From Minisyncoccota bacterium (GTDB lineage: Bacteria > Patescibacteriota > Minisyncoccia > Phycocordibacterales > UBA12079): a stretch of DNA of 58,759 bases. Within the stretch, counting starts at the first letter, position 1; every line of letters begins with the position of its first letter. Both the position numbers and the translations under genes were made by a program. Shown here piece by piece: positions 6,138 to 14,606 of the stretch. The notes beneath the pieces are model-generated. The model saw nothing but the letters and a program-made list of their open reading frames with translations, was not told the origin of the DNA and ran no database searches. The stretch spans positions 1-58,759 of the forward strand of contig JAGLLX010000009.1 in the NCBI GenBank assembly GCA_023140255.1. Direction: 5' to 3'.

Positions 6138-7553
6138 TTATTTTTTAAAAATTTGGGTTTGTGTTTCACTGTCTTTAATTAGATAACCTTCTGCTTCTAT
6201 TTCGTCTCTGATTCTGTCTGATTCTGCCCAGTTTTGATTTTCTCGAGCTAAGTTTCTTTCCAAAAATAAATCTTGAATATCTTGCGGTAAGTTTTTAATA
6301 TCCAATCCGTGATTAGAATCTTTATTTTCTTTTAAATTTAATCCCAAAACTTCATCAAAATCTAAAATAGTAGCTAATTTATCTTCATTAGTTAAATCAG
6401 ATTTTAATACTTCTGATATTAAGGCTAAGGCTTGAGGAATATTAAAATCATCTCCTAATTTTTCAATAAATTGATTTTTAAATTCTTCTGACACAGAACC
6501 AATTATTTCACCTAAATTTGATAGGGAATTGAGCAACCCTTCATAACCATTTTTTGCAGATTCTAAAGCTTCCCAAGTAAAATTTTGTTTTGAACGATAA
6601 TGCGCTTGAGAAAAGAAAAATCTTAAAACTAAAGGATTAAGATTTTTTTCTTTTAAATGATCAACATAAACAACATTTCCAAGAGACTTACTCATTTTTG
6701 TTTCATCAATTCCAAGATGTTCATTATGTATCCAATAATTAGCAAACATAACTCCATTAGCTGATTCGCTTTGAGCTATTTCGTTAGAATGGTGTATAGA
6801 AATATGCTCTACTCCTCCCATATGAATATCAATTGTATCTCCTAAATGTTTTTTTGCCATAGCAGAACATTCTATGTGCCAGCCAGGAAATCCCTCTCCC
6901 CAAGGAGAATCCCAAGTTTGCAAAGCATTTTCATGCACTCCCATTTTAAAAAACCAAATTGCAAAATCCTCAGTGTTTTTTTTCTGAGAGTCTGTAACAT
7001 CTCCAGTTCCAGCTCCTGATTTTAGGTCTTCAAGTTTTTGCCCAGATAATTCAGTGTAATTTTTAGCTTTTGAGATATCAAAATAAATAGCAGAATCTGT
7101 TTGATAAGCAAAATCTTTTTCTATCAAAACCTGAACCATATCAATCATTTCTTGAATATAATCAGTAGCTCTACATCTAGTGGTTGGTTCCAGAATATTT
7201 AATTCTTTCGTGTCGTCTTCATAAAATTTTATATATTTATCTGCAATTTCAGTAGGGGAAAGTCCTTCTGTTTTTACTCCTTTTTCCATTCGGTCTTCGC
7301 CCAAATCAGCATCTCCTTCATTATCTCCAGTTAAATGACCCACATCTGTATAATTGGAAATAAAATTTACATCATAATTTAAGTATTCTAAAGAACGACG
7401 AATAGAATCAGCACAGAAAGCACCTCTTAAATTTCCGATATGTTGTCTAGAATAAACAGTTGGCCCACAATAATAGAAAGAAACCCTTTCATCTTCTAGC
7501 GGTTTAAATTCTTCTTTTTCTCTTCCTAAAGTATTGTAAATTTTTAAAACCAT
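6138..7553 (-). CDS. cysS: Cysteine--tRNA ligase
   Basis: 471 aa; HIGNLRG (HIGH-type) and KMSKSLGN motifs, class I CysRS layout. Confidence 0.95.
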   Translation of the reverse strand: MVLKIYNTLGREKEEFKPLEDERVSFYYCGPTVYSRQHIGNLRGAFCADSIRRSLEYLNYDVNFISNYTDVGHLTGDNEGDADLGEDRMEKGVKTEGLSPTEIADKYIKFYEDDTKELNILEPTTRCRATDYIQEMIDMVQVLIEKDFAYQTDSAIYFDISKAKNYTELSGQKLEDLKSGAGTGDVTDSQKKNTEDFAIWFFKMGVHENALQTWDSPWGEGFPGWHIECSAMAKKHLGDTIDIHMGGVEHISIHHSNEIAQSESANGVMFANYWIHNEHLGIDETKMSKSLGNVVYVDHLKEKNLNPLVLRFFFSQAHYRSKQNFTWEALESAKNGYEGLLNSLSNLGEIIGSVSEEFKNQFIEKLGDDFNIPQALALISEVLKSDLTNEDKLATILDFDEVLGLNLKENKDSNHGLDIKNLPQDIQDLFLERNLARENQNWAESDRIRDEIEAEGYLIKDSETQTQIFKK

Positions 7554-8473
7554 TTTTTATATTTAAAGAAGCTAAACATTATTAAAGTAGTAATAGTCAT
7601 TCCTCCTAAAATCCACCAGAAATCATTTACTATTCCAATAATAGGTGTCTGGACTGTATTCATACCAAAAATAGAAGCAATTAATGAAAGCGGGAAAGTT
7701 ACAAAAGCTAAAATGGTAAATATTTTCATAGATTCATTTTGTTTTGTAGTTAAAAGGGAATCGTTAGTTTCGCGTAATTCTTTTAAGTTATCTTGGGTAG
7801 TATTAATAATATGGTAAATATTATGATACTTATTATTTATACTTCGTAGATAATGCAGAAAATCTCTTCCAAAAAATTGTTCCCCAACTATTTCTAATGA
7901 ATTTAGAACTTCCTTGTGATGAGCAATAGATTGTTTAAAATCTAATAGGTTGTGAGCCATGTAGGAAATTTCTTTTACCATCTTTTTTTCATCTCCATTA
8001 AAAATAGATTGTTTTATTTGTTTTTGTCTATTTTCAATATAATCCAATTCATCTGACAGAGATTTATATAATTTTTGGGTAATATAGAAAAATAAATAAC
8101 CAGCATGTAAAGCCGTTCCTTTTTCTGTATTTAATATAGAATCTACTTCAAAGATTTTAGTGAATTCTTCTAAAGCTCTAATTCCGTCATCATAATGAAC
8201 TGTTATTATAAAATCTTTAGCTATAATAAAATTAACTTCTTTGCTTACAAATTTACTATCACCATTTGGACCTTTTTTAAAAAATGGGAAATGTAAGATT
8301 AAATAAATATAATCACTATGTAAATCTACCTTTGGTTTAAAAGTTGGTAATAACAACTCTTCAGCCACCAATGGGTGTAGCTTATAGTTAAGCATCAAGT
8401 CTTTTATTTCGTCTTGAGTGGGTTTTTTTACATCAACCCAAGTTATATTTTGAGAAGTATATTTTTTTATCAT
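7544..8473 (-). CDS. corA: CorA-family magnesium/cobalt transporter
   Basis: 309 aa; two C-terminal TM helices with the FGMNT (GMN) signature; overlaps the cysS start by 10 nt. Confidence 0.88.
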   Translation of the reverse strand: MIKKYTSQNITWVDVKKPTQDEIKDLMLNYKLHPLVAEELLLPTFKPKVDLHSDYIYLILHFPFFKKGPNGDSKFVSKEVNFIIAKDFIITVHYDDGIRALEEFTKIFEVDSILNTEKGTALHAGYLFFYITQKLYKSLSDELDYIENRQKQIKQSIFNGDEKKMVKEISYMAHNLLDFKQSIAHHKEVLNSLEIVGEQFFGRDFLHYLRSINNKYHNIYHIINTTQDNLKELRETNDSLLTTKQNESMKIFTILAFVTFPLSLIASIFGMNTVQTPIIGIVNDFWWILGGMTITTLIMFSFFKYKKWF

Positions 8474-8724
8474 AGATAAAGTAGTTAAAAGCTTTTAATT
8501 TATTCTTTATTCACTAAATTTTAACACATATATTATATATGTAATAGATAGATTGGGGAGAGTTAAAACAAAATAAAATACCAACAGTAAAAAATTTTTT
8601 CCTACAGAACATAAAGAATTATTTTAATTTTTAGGGAAGGTTGGAAAGAGGATTTTTTAAAGGGGGAGAGTTAAGATATCAAGATTGATATCTTGCTCTT
8701 TTTTTGAGATAATATAATTTAAAT

Positions 8725-9957
8725 ATGCAAATAGAAATTGAAAAACAATTTAAAGTCCTTTTTAAAAAAATACCTTTAATTGTTATTGGTGTTATCTTAA
8801 TAATTTTATCTTTTTATTTAGGAATTAAATATGAAGATAACCAAAATGATTTAAGTAATATTTTAAATAAAGATTTAGGAAAAGAAACAGAAGTAAGTTT
8901 TGAAACTTTTTGGCAATCATGGAATGTTTTAGAAGAAAAATTTGTAAGTAATGGTGAGCACGAAATAGATGATCAAGCGAAAGTTTGGGGAGCTATTCAA
9001 GGCTTAGCTAGTTCTTTTAAAGATCCTTACACAGTATTTATGCCTCCTGCTGATTCAGCTATTTTTGAAGGTGATATTGCTGGGAATTTTGAAGGAGTTG
9101 GTATGGAAATTGGAATTAGAAATAATGTTTTAATGGTAGTGGCTCCGTTAAAGAATACTCCTGCAGAAAGAGCTGGAATTATGCCTCAAGATATAATATT
9201 AGAAATTGATGGAATCTCAGCATTAAATATGAGTACTGATGAAGCGGTAAAAATTATCAGAGGAGAAAAGGGGACTGAAGTTAAATTATTGATTAAAAGA
9301 AAAGAAGTAGAAAAATCTTTAGAAATTTCTATTATACGAGATGTGATTGATATTCCCATTATAGAAACAAAGATAAAGGATAATGTGTTTATTATTAATC
9401 TTTATAGTTTTACAGCTAATTCTCCTGATTTATTTAGGGAAGCTTTAAGAAAATTTATAGAGGCAAATACTGATAAACTAATTATTGATTTAAGAGGGAA
9501 TCCAGGAGGTTACTTAGAAGTAGCCAATGATATTGCTAGTTGGTTTTTACCTATGGGAAAAGTTGTTGTTACTGAAGATTATGGAGAAAATAAAATTAAT
9601 AAAGTTCATTCAAGTAGAGGATATGATATTTTTAATGAATCATTAAAAATGGCAATCTTAATTAACGGGGGGTCAGCGTCTGCTTCTGAGATTTTGGCAG
9701 GAGCCCTAAGTGAACATGGAAAAGCTACATTAATTGGAACTCAATCTTTTGGTAAGGGTTCTGTACAAGAGTTAGTTAAAATTACCCCAGAGACTTCTTT
9801 AAAAGTTACTGTTGCCAGATGGTTAACCCCTTTGGGGAATTCAATTTCTCATAACGGTTTAGAGCCTGATATAGAGGTAGAGATTACGATTGAGGATATT
9901 AAAGAAGATAGAGACCCACAGATAGACAAAGCTGTTGAGTATTTAAACGCTCTTTAA
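8725..9957 (+). CDS. ctpA: S41 carboxy-terminal processing protease
   Basis: N-terminal TM, PDZ region, RGNPGG and SASASE/GKGS motifs. Confidence 0.88.
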   Translation: MQIEIEKQFKVLFKKIPLIVIGVILIILSFYLGIKYEDNQNDLSNILNKDLGKETEVSFETFWQSWNVLEEKFVSNGEHEIDDQAKVWGAIQGLASSFKDPYTVFMPPADSAIFEGDIAGNFEGVGMEIGIRNNVLMVVAPLKNTPAERAGIMPQDIILEIDGISALNMSTDEAVKIIRGEKGTEVKLLIKRKEVEKSLEISIIRDVIDIPIIETKIKDNVFIINLYSFTANSPDLFREALRKFIEANTDKLIIDLRGNPGGYLEVANDIASWFLPMGKVVVTEDYGENKINKVHSSRGYDIFNESLKMAILINGGSASASEILAGALSEHGKATLIGTQSFGKGSVQELVKITPETSLKVTVARWLTPLGNSISHNGLEPDIEVEITIEDIKEDRDPQIDKAVEYLNAL

Positions 9958-10077
9958 TATACTGAACTTGCTTTTTTCTATTGATGATGTTATTATTTTA
10001 AATAAGTGGCTTGATTTAATAAAGACTTCCCCCATTGTCTGTCTTATTTAAAAAAGATTAAGTCACCCACCCTTTTT

Positions 10078-10104
10078 GCCCCTTACTTCGGTAAGGGGCT
10101 TTTT
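10078..10104 (+). terminator. Intrinsic terminator after ctpA
   Basis: gccccttac ttcg gtaaggggc plus T5. Confidence 0.8.
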
Positions 10105-10187
10105 AATGTAATAAGTAATTGCAATTTTCTCTTATTTGTAATAAAATCAAGAAGAAATTAATAAATTAAGAAAGATAAATAATAATC

Positions 10188-10634
10188 ATGAAAGTTATAT
10201 TACTACAAAATGTTCCAAAAATTGGGAAAAAGTTTGATGTTAAAGAAGTAGCTAGTGGTCATGCTCTTAATTTTTTGATTCCTCGTAAACAAGCCAAGAT
10301 AGCAACAGATAAAGCTATTAAAGAAATGGAAGTTCTCAAGGAAAAACATGAAGAATTAACGAAAGTTGAGAATGAAAAAGTTCTTACTGTGATTAATAAA
10401 ATAAAGGATACAAAAATTGAGATGTTGGTTAACGCTAATGAAGAAGGAAAATTATTTGCTGGAATAGGAGCTAAAGAGATTGCAGAAGAAATATCTAAAC
10501 AATTAGGAGAAACAATTAATTCTGAAATTATAGAATTAGCTAATCCTATTAAAGAAGTAGGGGAGCATTCAATAGAAATCAATGTTGAAGCTGAAAAAAT
10601 AAAAATAATTGTAGATATAAAGTCAGACAAGTAG
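10188..10634 (+). CDS. rplI: 50S ribosomal protein L9
   Basis: MKVILLQNVPKIGKKFDVKEVASGHALNFLIP N-terminus, 148 aa. Confidence 0.92.
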   Translation: MKVILLQNVPKIGKKFDVKEVASGHALNFLIPRKQAKIATDKAIKEMEVLKEKHEELTKVENEKVLTVINKIKDTKIEMLVNANEEGKLFAGIGAKEIAEEISKQLGETINSEIIELANPIKEVGEHSIEINVEAEKIKIIVDIKSDK

Positions 10635-10695
10635 ATAACCGAAATTTTCAATAATCAATTTTTATTTTGAGACTAAATAATGGTTTAAACTAATT

Positions 10696-10725
10696 AATAG
10701 TAGTAATCAGATTACTACTATTTTT
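10696..10725 (+). terminator. TAGTAG-family hairpin terminator after rplI
   Basis: aatagtagtaatcagattactactatt plus T-run. Confidence 0.65.
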
Positions 10726-10829
10726 ATTGTCTATCTTTGTTATTTATGGTATTGTGAATTTAGAAAGTTATTTTATAATCTATTAAAATTAAAATTTTAT
10801 AAACAATATAAACAAAAGGGGGTAGAAGA

Positions 10830-11048
10830 ATGTTAGAAATAGCACGCATATCTTTTTTAAGTTCATTTATATTTTTATTTGTATGTTTGTATGGATTTCA
10901 TTTTTGGTTACCTAAATTAGAAAAGATGACCGCTTTCAAGGTATTTTTTGTAATATTGGTAATTTCATTCATAATGGCTTCGTTGGCAATGATTATGAAT
11001 ATAATTGGGTTTTGGGTTGCATCAATGCTTGGTATATTTAATTATTAA
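10830..11048 (+). CDS. Small hypothetical membrane protein
   Basis: 72 aa, two hydrophobic segments, SD aaaggggg 8 nt upstream of the ATG. Confidence 0.5.
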   Translation: MLEIARISFLSSFIFLFVCLYGFHFWLPKLEKMTAFKVFFVILVISFIMASLAMIMNIIGFWVASMLGIFNY

Positions 11049-11069
11049 AACTTTTGAAAGGAGGGAACT

Positions 11070-11261
11070 ATGGAAGGATTAAAGTTAGGAACTTTTATGG
11101 AAGTATCCACTATTTTCTTTTTCGGTTGTTATATAAAAGTTTATCTTTTCCATGATTTGGAAGAAACAAGAAAAAAGCAGAGAGAAAATTTTTGGTGGTT
11201 TTTTTCGCTTTCACTTTGTGTAGGGATAGGATTTACGTTTTTTGAATGGTTTTCTTGTTAA
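11070..11261 (+). CDS. Small hypothetical membrane protein
   Basis: 63 aa, SD gaaaggaggg, hydrophobic segments; terminator follows. Confidence 0.5.
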   Translation: MEGLKLGTFMEVSTIFFFGCYIKVYLFHDLEETRKKQRENFWWFFSLSLCVGIGFTFFEWFSC

Positions 11262-11280
11262 AATCATAAAATCAAAAAAC

Positions 11281-11313
11281 AAAAAACACGGCTCAGTTAA
11301 GCCGTGTTTTTTT
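11281..11313. terminator. Bidirectional hairpin terminator
   Basis: A-run, acacggct..agccgtgt stem, T-run, between convergent genes. Confidence 0.75.
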
Positions 11314-11324
11314 AATTTAGATTT

Positions 11325-11597
11325 TTACAATACATTCGCCATCTTTCGTTTCTTTGTTGATCCGTCAAATTTCATTTTTCTTTTTTCTGTGAATTTAACA
11401 ACACCTTCTTTCATAGCAAATAATGTATGGTCTTTTCCAACCGCTACATTTTTTCCAGCTAAGATTTTAGTTCCTCTTTGGCGTACTATAATAGACCCTA
11501 CTTTAGCAGGTTGTCCGTCATATAGTTTAGTTCCTAGATATTGAGGTCCTGAATCTCTCAGGTTTTTTGCTGATCCTCCAGCTTTTTTATGTGACAT
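11325..11597 (-). CDS. rpmA: 50S ribosomal protein L27
   Basis: [29 protein letters not shown], 90 aa. Confidence 0.95.
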   Translation of the reverse strand: MSHKKAGGSAKNLRDSGPQYLGTKLYDGQPAKVGSIIVRQRGTKILAGKNVAVGKDHTLFAMKEGVVKFTEKRKMKFDGSTKKRKMANVL

Positions 11598-11604
11598 AAT
11601 AATT

Positions 11605-11677
11605 TAGTCTGTAAAGTCTATAAAGCCTGCAAAGTCAAAAGTCTTTCAACTTTATGGACTTTATAGACTTTTGACTA
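11605..11677. repeat. Long imperfect palindrome built from AAAGTC-type words
   Basis: tagtctgtaaagtctataaag...ctttatggactttatagacttttgacta; same word set as 13437..13540, 30797..30899 and 26344..26441. Confidence 0.65.
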
Positions 11678-11740
11678 TTTTAAATTTTTAACAAAAATTA
11701 AAAATCAATGATATAATGGTACCAATAATTACTTAACTTG

Positions 11741-12115
11741 ATGCAAAGTATAAAAGAAAAATACAATAAAATCAAGGCGATAGGGGATTCTCTTATAGGG
11801 AATAATCAATTTTTCAGTTTATTTTTAGTTGTTCTAGTTGCTTTTTCTTCTTTTGGGCTAGGAAGATTGTCTATATTAGAAGAAAATCAGAGTTCTGTTA
11901 CATTTGAAAATTTAGCTTTAATAAATACAAATATTGATACTGGAATAGGGGAATCAATAGGTAAGTATGTAGCTTCTAGAAGTAGTAAATTATATCATGC
12001 CCCTTGGTGTTCAGGAGCTCAAAGAATAAAAGAGGAAAATAAAATTTGGTTTCAAACAAAAGAAGAAGCTGAAGCTAGCGGGAGAAGCCCAGCTTCTAAT
12101 TGTAAAGGGATTTAG
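11741..12115 (+). CDS. Membrane-anchored protein with a C-terminal Cys-motif domain
   Basis: ATG at 11741 (the track start at 11738 is TTG). One TM. C-terminal YHAPWCSGAQRI..W..TKEEAEASGRSPASNC resembles the C-terminus of the nuclease at 13700..14443. Confidence 0.55.
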   Translation: MQSIKEKYNKIKAIGDSLIGNNQFFSLFLVVLVAFSSFGLGRLSILEENQSSVTFENLALINTNIDTGIGESIGKYVASRSSKLYHAPWCSGAQRIKEENKIWFQTKEEAEASGRSPASNCKGI

Positions 12116-12185
12116 CAAAAACTTTTTGAATTAGAAATTAGAAATTTTAGATTTTTAATTAATAATATGAATAAGGAAAAAATGA

Positions 12186-12283
12186 ATCCCGTTAGAGATT
12201 TAATAAGAATAAATAAAACGGAAATAAAGAATTATTAGTTAATTTAAGATTATCTGTCAAAAGCAGATTATCTCTAACGGGAT
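12186..12283 (+). promoter_or_regulatory. ATCCCGTTAGAGAT / ATCTCTAACGGGAT inverted repeat ending in the pspC-like start codon
   Basis: 14-nt arms at 12186..12199 and 12270..12283; the 3-prime arm includes the AT of the ATG at 12282; same arms occur at 22951..22990 and 48805..48844. Confidence 0.45.
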
Positions 12284-12473
12284 GAAAAAAATATATTTAT
12301 CAAAAAGAAACAAAAAAATATATGGGGTCTGTGGAGGAATAGGGGAGGCCTTTGATATTGACCCTGTTTTAATAAGAATGGTTTTTATTCTAATAGCTGT
12401 CATGACAGCTATTCTTCCAGCAGTGATAGCTTATCTCATTACTGCTTGGTATATAATTCCTAAAAAATACTAG
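12282..12473 (+). CDS. PspC-domain membrane protein
   Basis: LYLSKRNKKIYGVCGGIGEAFDIDPVLIRMVFIL is the PspC N-terminal pattern, followed by a TM. Confidence 0.78.
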   Translation: MKKIYLSKRNKKIYGVCGGIGEAFDIDPVLIRMVFILIAVMTAILPAVIAYLITAWYIIPKKY

Positions 12474-12635
12474 TAAGACTTATTGAGAAAAAATATTTTT
12501 CTTAAATTTTTGGCGGGGGAGGAATATTAATGTGCTTATATACATAACTTATAGCAGTGTCGCACAATATAGATTTTGCGACATACTTAATTATAAAAGG
12601 ACCTTTAATCATCTTTTACAACTCCCCTAGTTAAT

Positions 12636-12727
12636 AAAAGAAGAACTCCAACCTCTTAACTTAGATATCTATGACCTTTAGTAATCTAGCTTTGTGTAAT
12701 CGTTTCTGAGGTTGGACTTCTTCTTTT
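12636..12727 (+). repeat. Structured element A (long stem enclosing a 52-nt interior), homologous to 14460..14537
   Basis: gaactccaacctc pairs with gaggttggacttc and extends into A/T pairs; T-run follows; the interior aligns without gaps to element B. Confidence 0.5.
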
Positions 12728-12903
12728 TTCTCATTTTAAAAACATAAAAAACCAAAATTTAGCCTTAAATTTTCGAATAATTACGAAAATGGCCTAAATA
12801 AGCTATTTTATATAATGGCCTAGTTAAGCCATATTTTAAGGCTTAAAACTGGATTTTAAGCAATTTTGTATATAAATAGGTATTACTCACCATGTATAAA
12901 AAT

Positions 12904-12929
12904 AAAAAAAATCGCTTAGCGATTTTTTT
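12904..12929. terminator. Bidirectional hairpin terminator
   Basis: aaaaaaaatcgcttagcgattttttt. Confidence 0.65.
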
Positions 12930-12963
12930 CTTAAATCCTAAATCTTAAATCTTCTTTTTTATC

Positions 12964-13086
12964 TTAAAATCTAATATTTGTATTTTCTATGATCAAAGGA
13001 TCTTCAAAAACATCTCGAATATGAACAGTTGTTGCATATAACAATATTGTAAATATTACTAAAATTATTATTAAAATTTTTTCCAT
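12964..13086 (-). CDS. Possible 40-aa hydrophobic peptide
   Basis: My own translation gives MEKILIIILVIFTILLYATTVHIRDVFEDPLIIENTNIRF, 34 nt downstream of 13121..13429; no SD; below the ORF-track size cutoff. Confidence 0.25.
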   Translation of the reverse strand: MEKILIIILVIFTILLYATTVHIRDVFEDPLIIENTNIRF

Positions 13087-13120
13087 TTTTTATATTATAT
13101 TAAAATAATTAAAATATTTC

Positions 13121-13429
13121 TTAATTTTGAGGGACTAATTCAGGAATCGAAACTGAATTCCCTTCTTGTATTCCACTTATGGTATCGGTGAAAGTTGACC
13201 AAATTAAATCAAGAAAAATATTTTGCCAAAAATATAAAACAGGACTAGCTAAATAATTATCCCAAACCATCACTACCCCACCCCAAACGTAACTTAAATT
13301 ATTTTGGGTTCCATCTGCCTCAATAATAGATCTCAAATCAAAACCAAGATAGCTCAAAATAATTATGGCTATAATTATTAAGAAAATCCACTGAACAAGC
13401 CCTTTATTCTTGTTTTTAAAGTTAAACAT
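13121..13429 (-). CDS. Hypothetical membrane protein
   Basis: 102 aa, N-terminal TM WIFLIIIAIIILSYLGF; no recognisable family. Confidence 0.45.
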   Translation of the reverse strand: MFNFKNKNKGLVQWIFLIIIAIIILSYLGFDLRSIIEADGTQNNLSYVWGGVVMVWDNYLASPVLYFWQNIFLDLIWSTFTDTISGIQEGNSVSIPELVPQN

Positions 13430-13436
13430 AATAAAT

Positions 13437-13540
13437 TAGTCAAAAGCCCATAAAGTCTATAAAGTAAAAAGGGAAAAATTTGCTTCGCAAATTTTTAAAA
13501 AAAGACTTTCAACTTTCGACTTTAGAAACTTTAAACTTCT
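13437..13540. repeat. Long palindromic element with an AAAAATTTGCTTCGCAAATTTTT centre
   Basis: Arms built from agtcaaaag/ataaagtc words; centre at 13474..13495. Confidence 0.65.
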
Positions 13541-13699
13541 TTCATTATATAACATATTCAAAAAAATTAAAATAATATTGTGTGCAAAAATCATATATCT
13601 ATATTTCACTAATCAAATTATGATATAATTTAATGAAGTCCGACTTCTAATCACTTCATTAAAAACCAATAAATTTTAATAAATAATCATAAAAATGAA

Positions 13700-14443
13700 A
13701 TGAAAACAAAATTAATTCTTGCCGCCATAACAACATTATTGGCAGGCTCAGGTCTTATTGGCTATAACATCGTAAAAACAAAGGATTTTAGTGGAGAACC
13801 AGAAAATCTTCACAAAGTTTTAAGAGTCATTGATGGTGATACTTTTGAAATAGCTGGGTCCAGTGAAGAAGACCTAATTTCTGTTCGTATTTTAAATATT
13901 TCTGCGCCTGAAAAAGCTGAATGTTATTTTGAAGAAGCTACTAATGCCCTTAAAGAATTAATTCTAGATAAAGAAGTTCGCCTAGAAAGAGATATTTCTG
14001 GCACCGATAGATTTGGAAGACTTTTGAGACACGTCTTTCTTCCTCTTGAAATTGAAAAAGAAGACGATATTATGTTAAGTAAATATATGATAGATAATGG
14101 ATTTGCCGTGGCTATTCCCTCTCCTCCTGATTTTAAATATAAAGAATATTTAAGTGCGGCCGAAGGTAAAGCTAAGCAATATGAAAAAGGAGCTTGGGGA
14201 GATTGTGAAAATCTACCCAACGATTTTAAAGGAACTGCTGATTCTAAACCTGATGATCCCGAATGTATTATCAAAGGAAATATTTCAGTTACTGGAGCAG
14301 GACATATTTATTTTTTACCTCAGTGTCCGTCATATTCACAAGTTAAAATTGATTCCAAAAAAGGAGAAGCTTATTTCTGCACTGAAGAAGAAGCTCAAAA
14401 AGCTGGTTTCAGCAAATCCCCTTCTTGTGCTAATACCTTCTAA
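13700..14443 (+). CDS. Secreted or anchored thermonuclease (SNase) family nuclease with a C-terminal Cys-motif domain
   Basis: N-terminal signal/TM; VIDGDTFE, NISAPE and DRFGRLLRHV SNase motifs; C-terminal YFLPQCPSYSQV...EEEAQKAGFSKSPSC. Confidence 0.82.
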   Translation: MKTKLILAAITTLLAGSGLIGYNIVKTKDFSGEPENLHKVLRVIDGDTFEIAGSSEEDLISVRILNISAPEKAECYFEEATNALKELILDKEVRLERDISGTDRFGRLLRHVFLPLEIEKEDDIMLSKYMIDNGFAVAIPSPPDFKYKEYLSAAEGKAKQYEKGAWGDCENLPNDFKGTADSKPDDPECIIKGNISVTGAGHIYFLPQCPSYSQVKIDSKKGEAYFCTEEEAQKAGFSKSPSCANTF

Positions 14444-14459
14444 TAATTAGCATTAAGAC

Positions 14460-14537
14460 GAAGTCCGACCTCTTGATGTGTATGCCAGTAACCTTTAGCT
14501 ATTAAAAGTTGTTTAATCCTTTCCGAGGTCGTACTTC
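14460..14537 (+). repeat. Structured element B, homologous to 12636..12727
   Basis: gaagtccgacctc pairs with gaggtcgtacttc (one mismatch) around a 52-nt interior; 32 of 52 interior positions are identical to element A by hand alignment. Confidence 0.5.
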
Positions 14538-14606
14538 TTAAAACAATATTAAACAGTATAAAACACCTTGGTTTTTAACACCTTTACCCATAACCACAAA
14601 AATAAA

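Noticed and set aside
8474-8724. Mg2+ riboswitch (M-box) upstream of corA
   Set aside because: The minus-strand leader is almost pure A/T apart from the CTCTCCCC boxes, and I could not find the GC-rich multi-helix M-box core. An Rfam scan would be needed to be certain.
10259-10651. Antisense ORFs overlapping ribosomal protein genes (10259..10651 opposite rplI; 11242..11544 opposite rpmA)
   Set aside because: They are low-complexity mirror frames of confidently identified genes with no start signals.
13924-14450. ORFs 13924..14274 (-) and 14154..14450 (+) inside the SNase gene
   Set aside because: They are fully embedded in a gene with clear thermonuclease motifs and have no independent signals.
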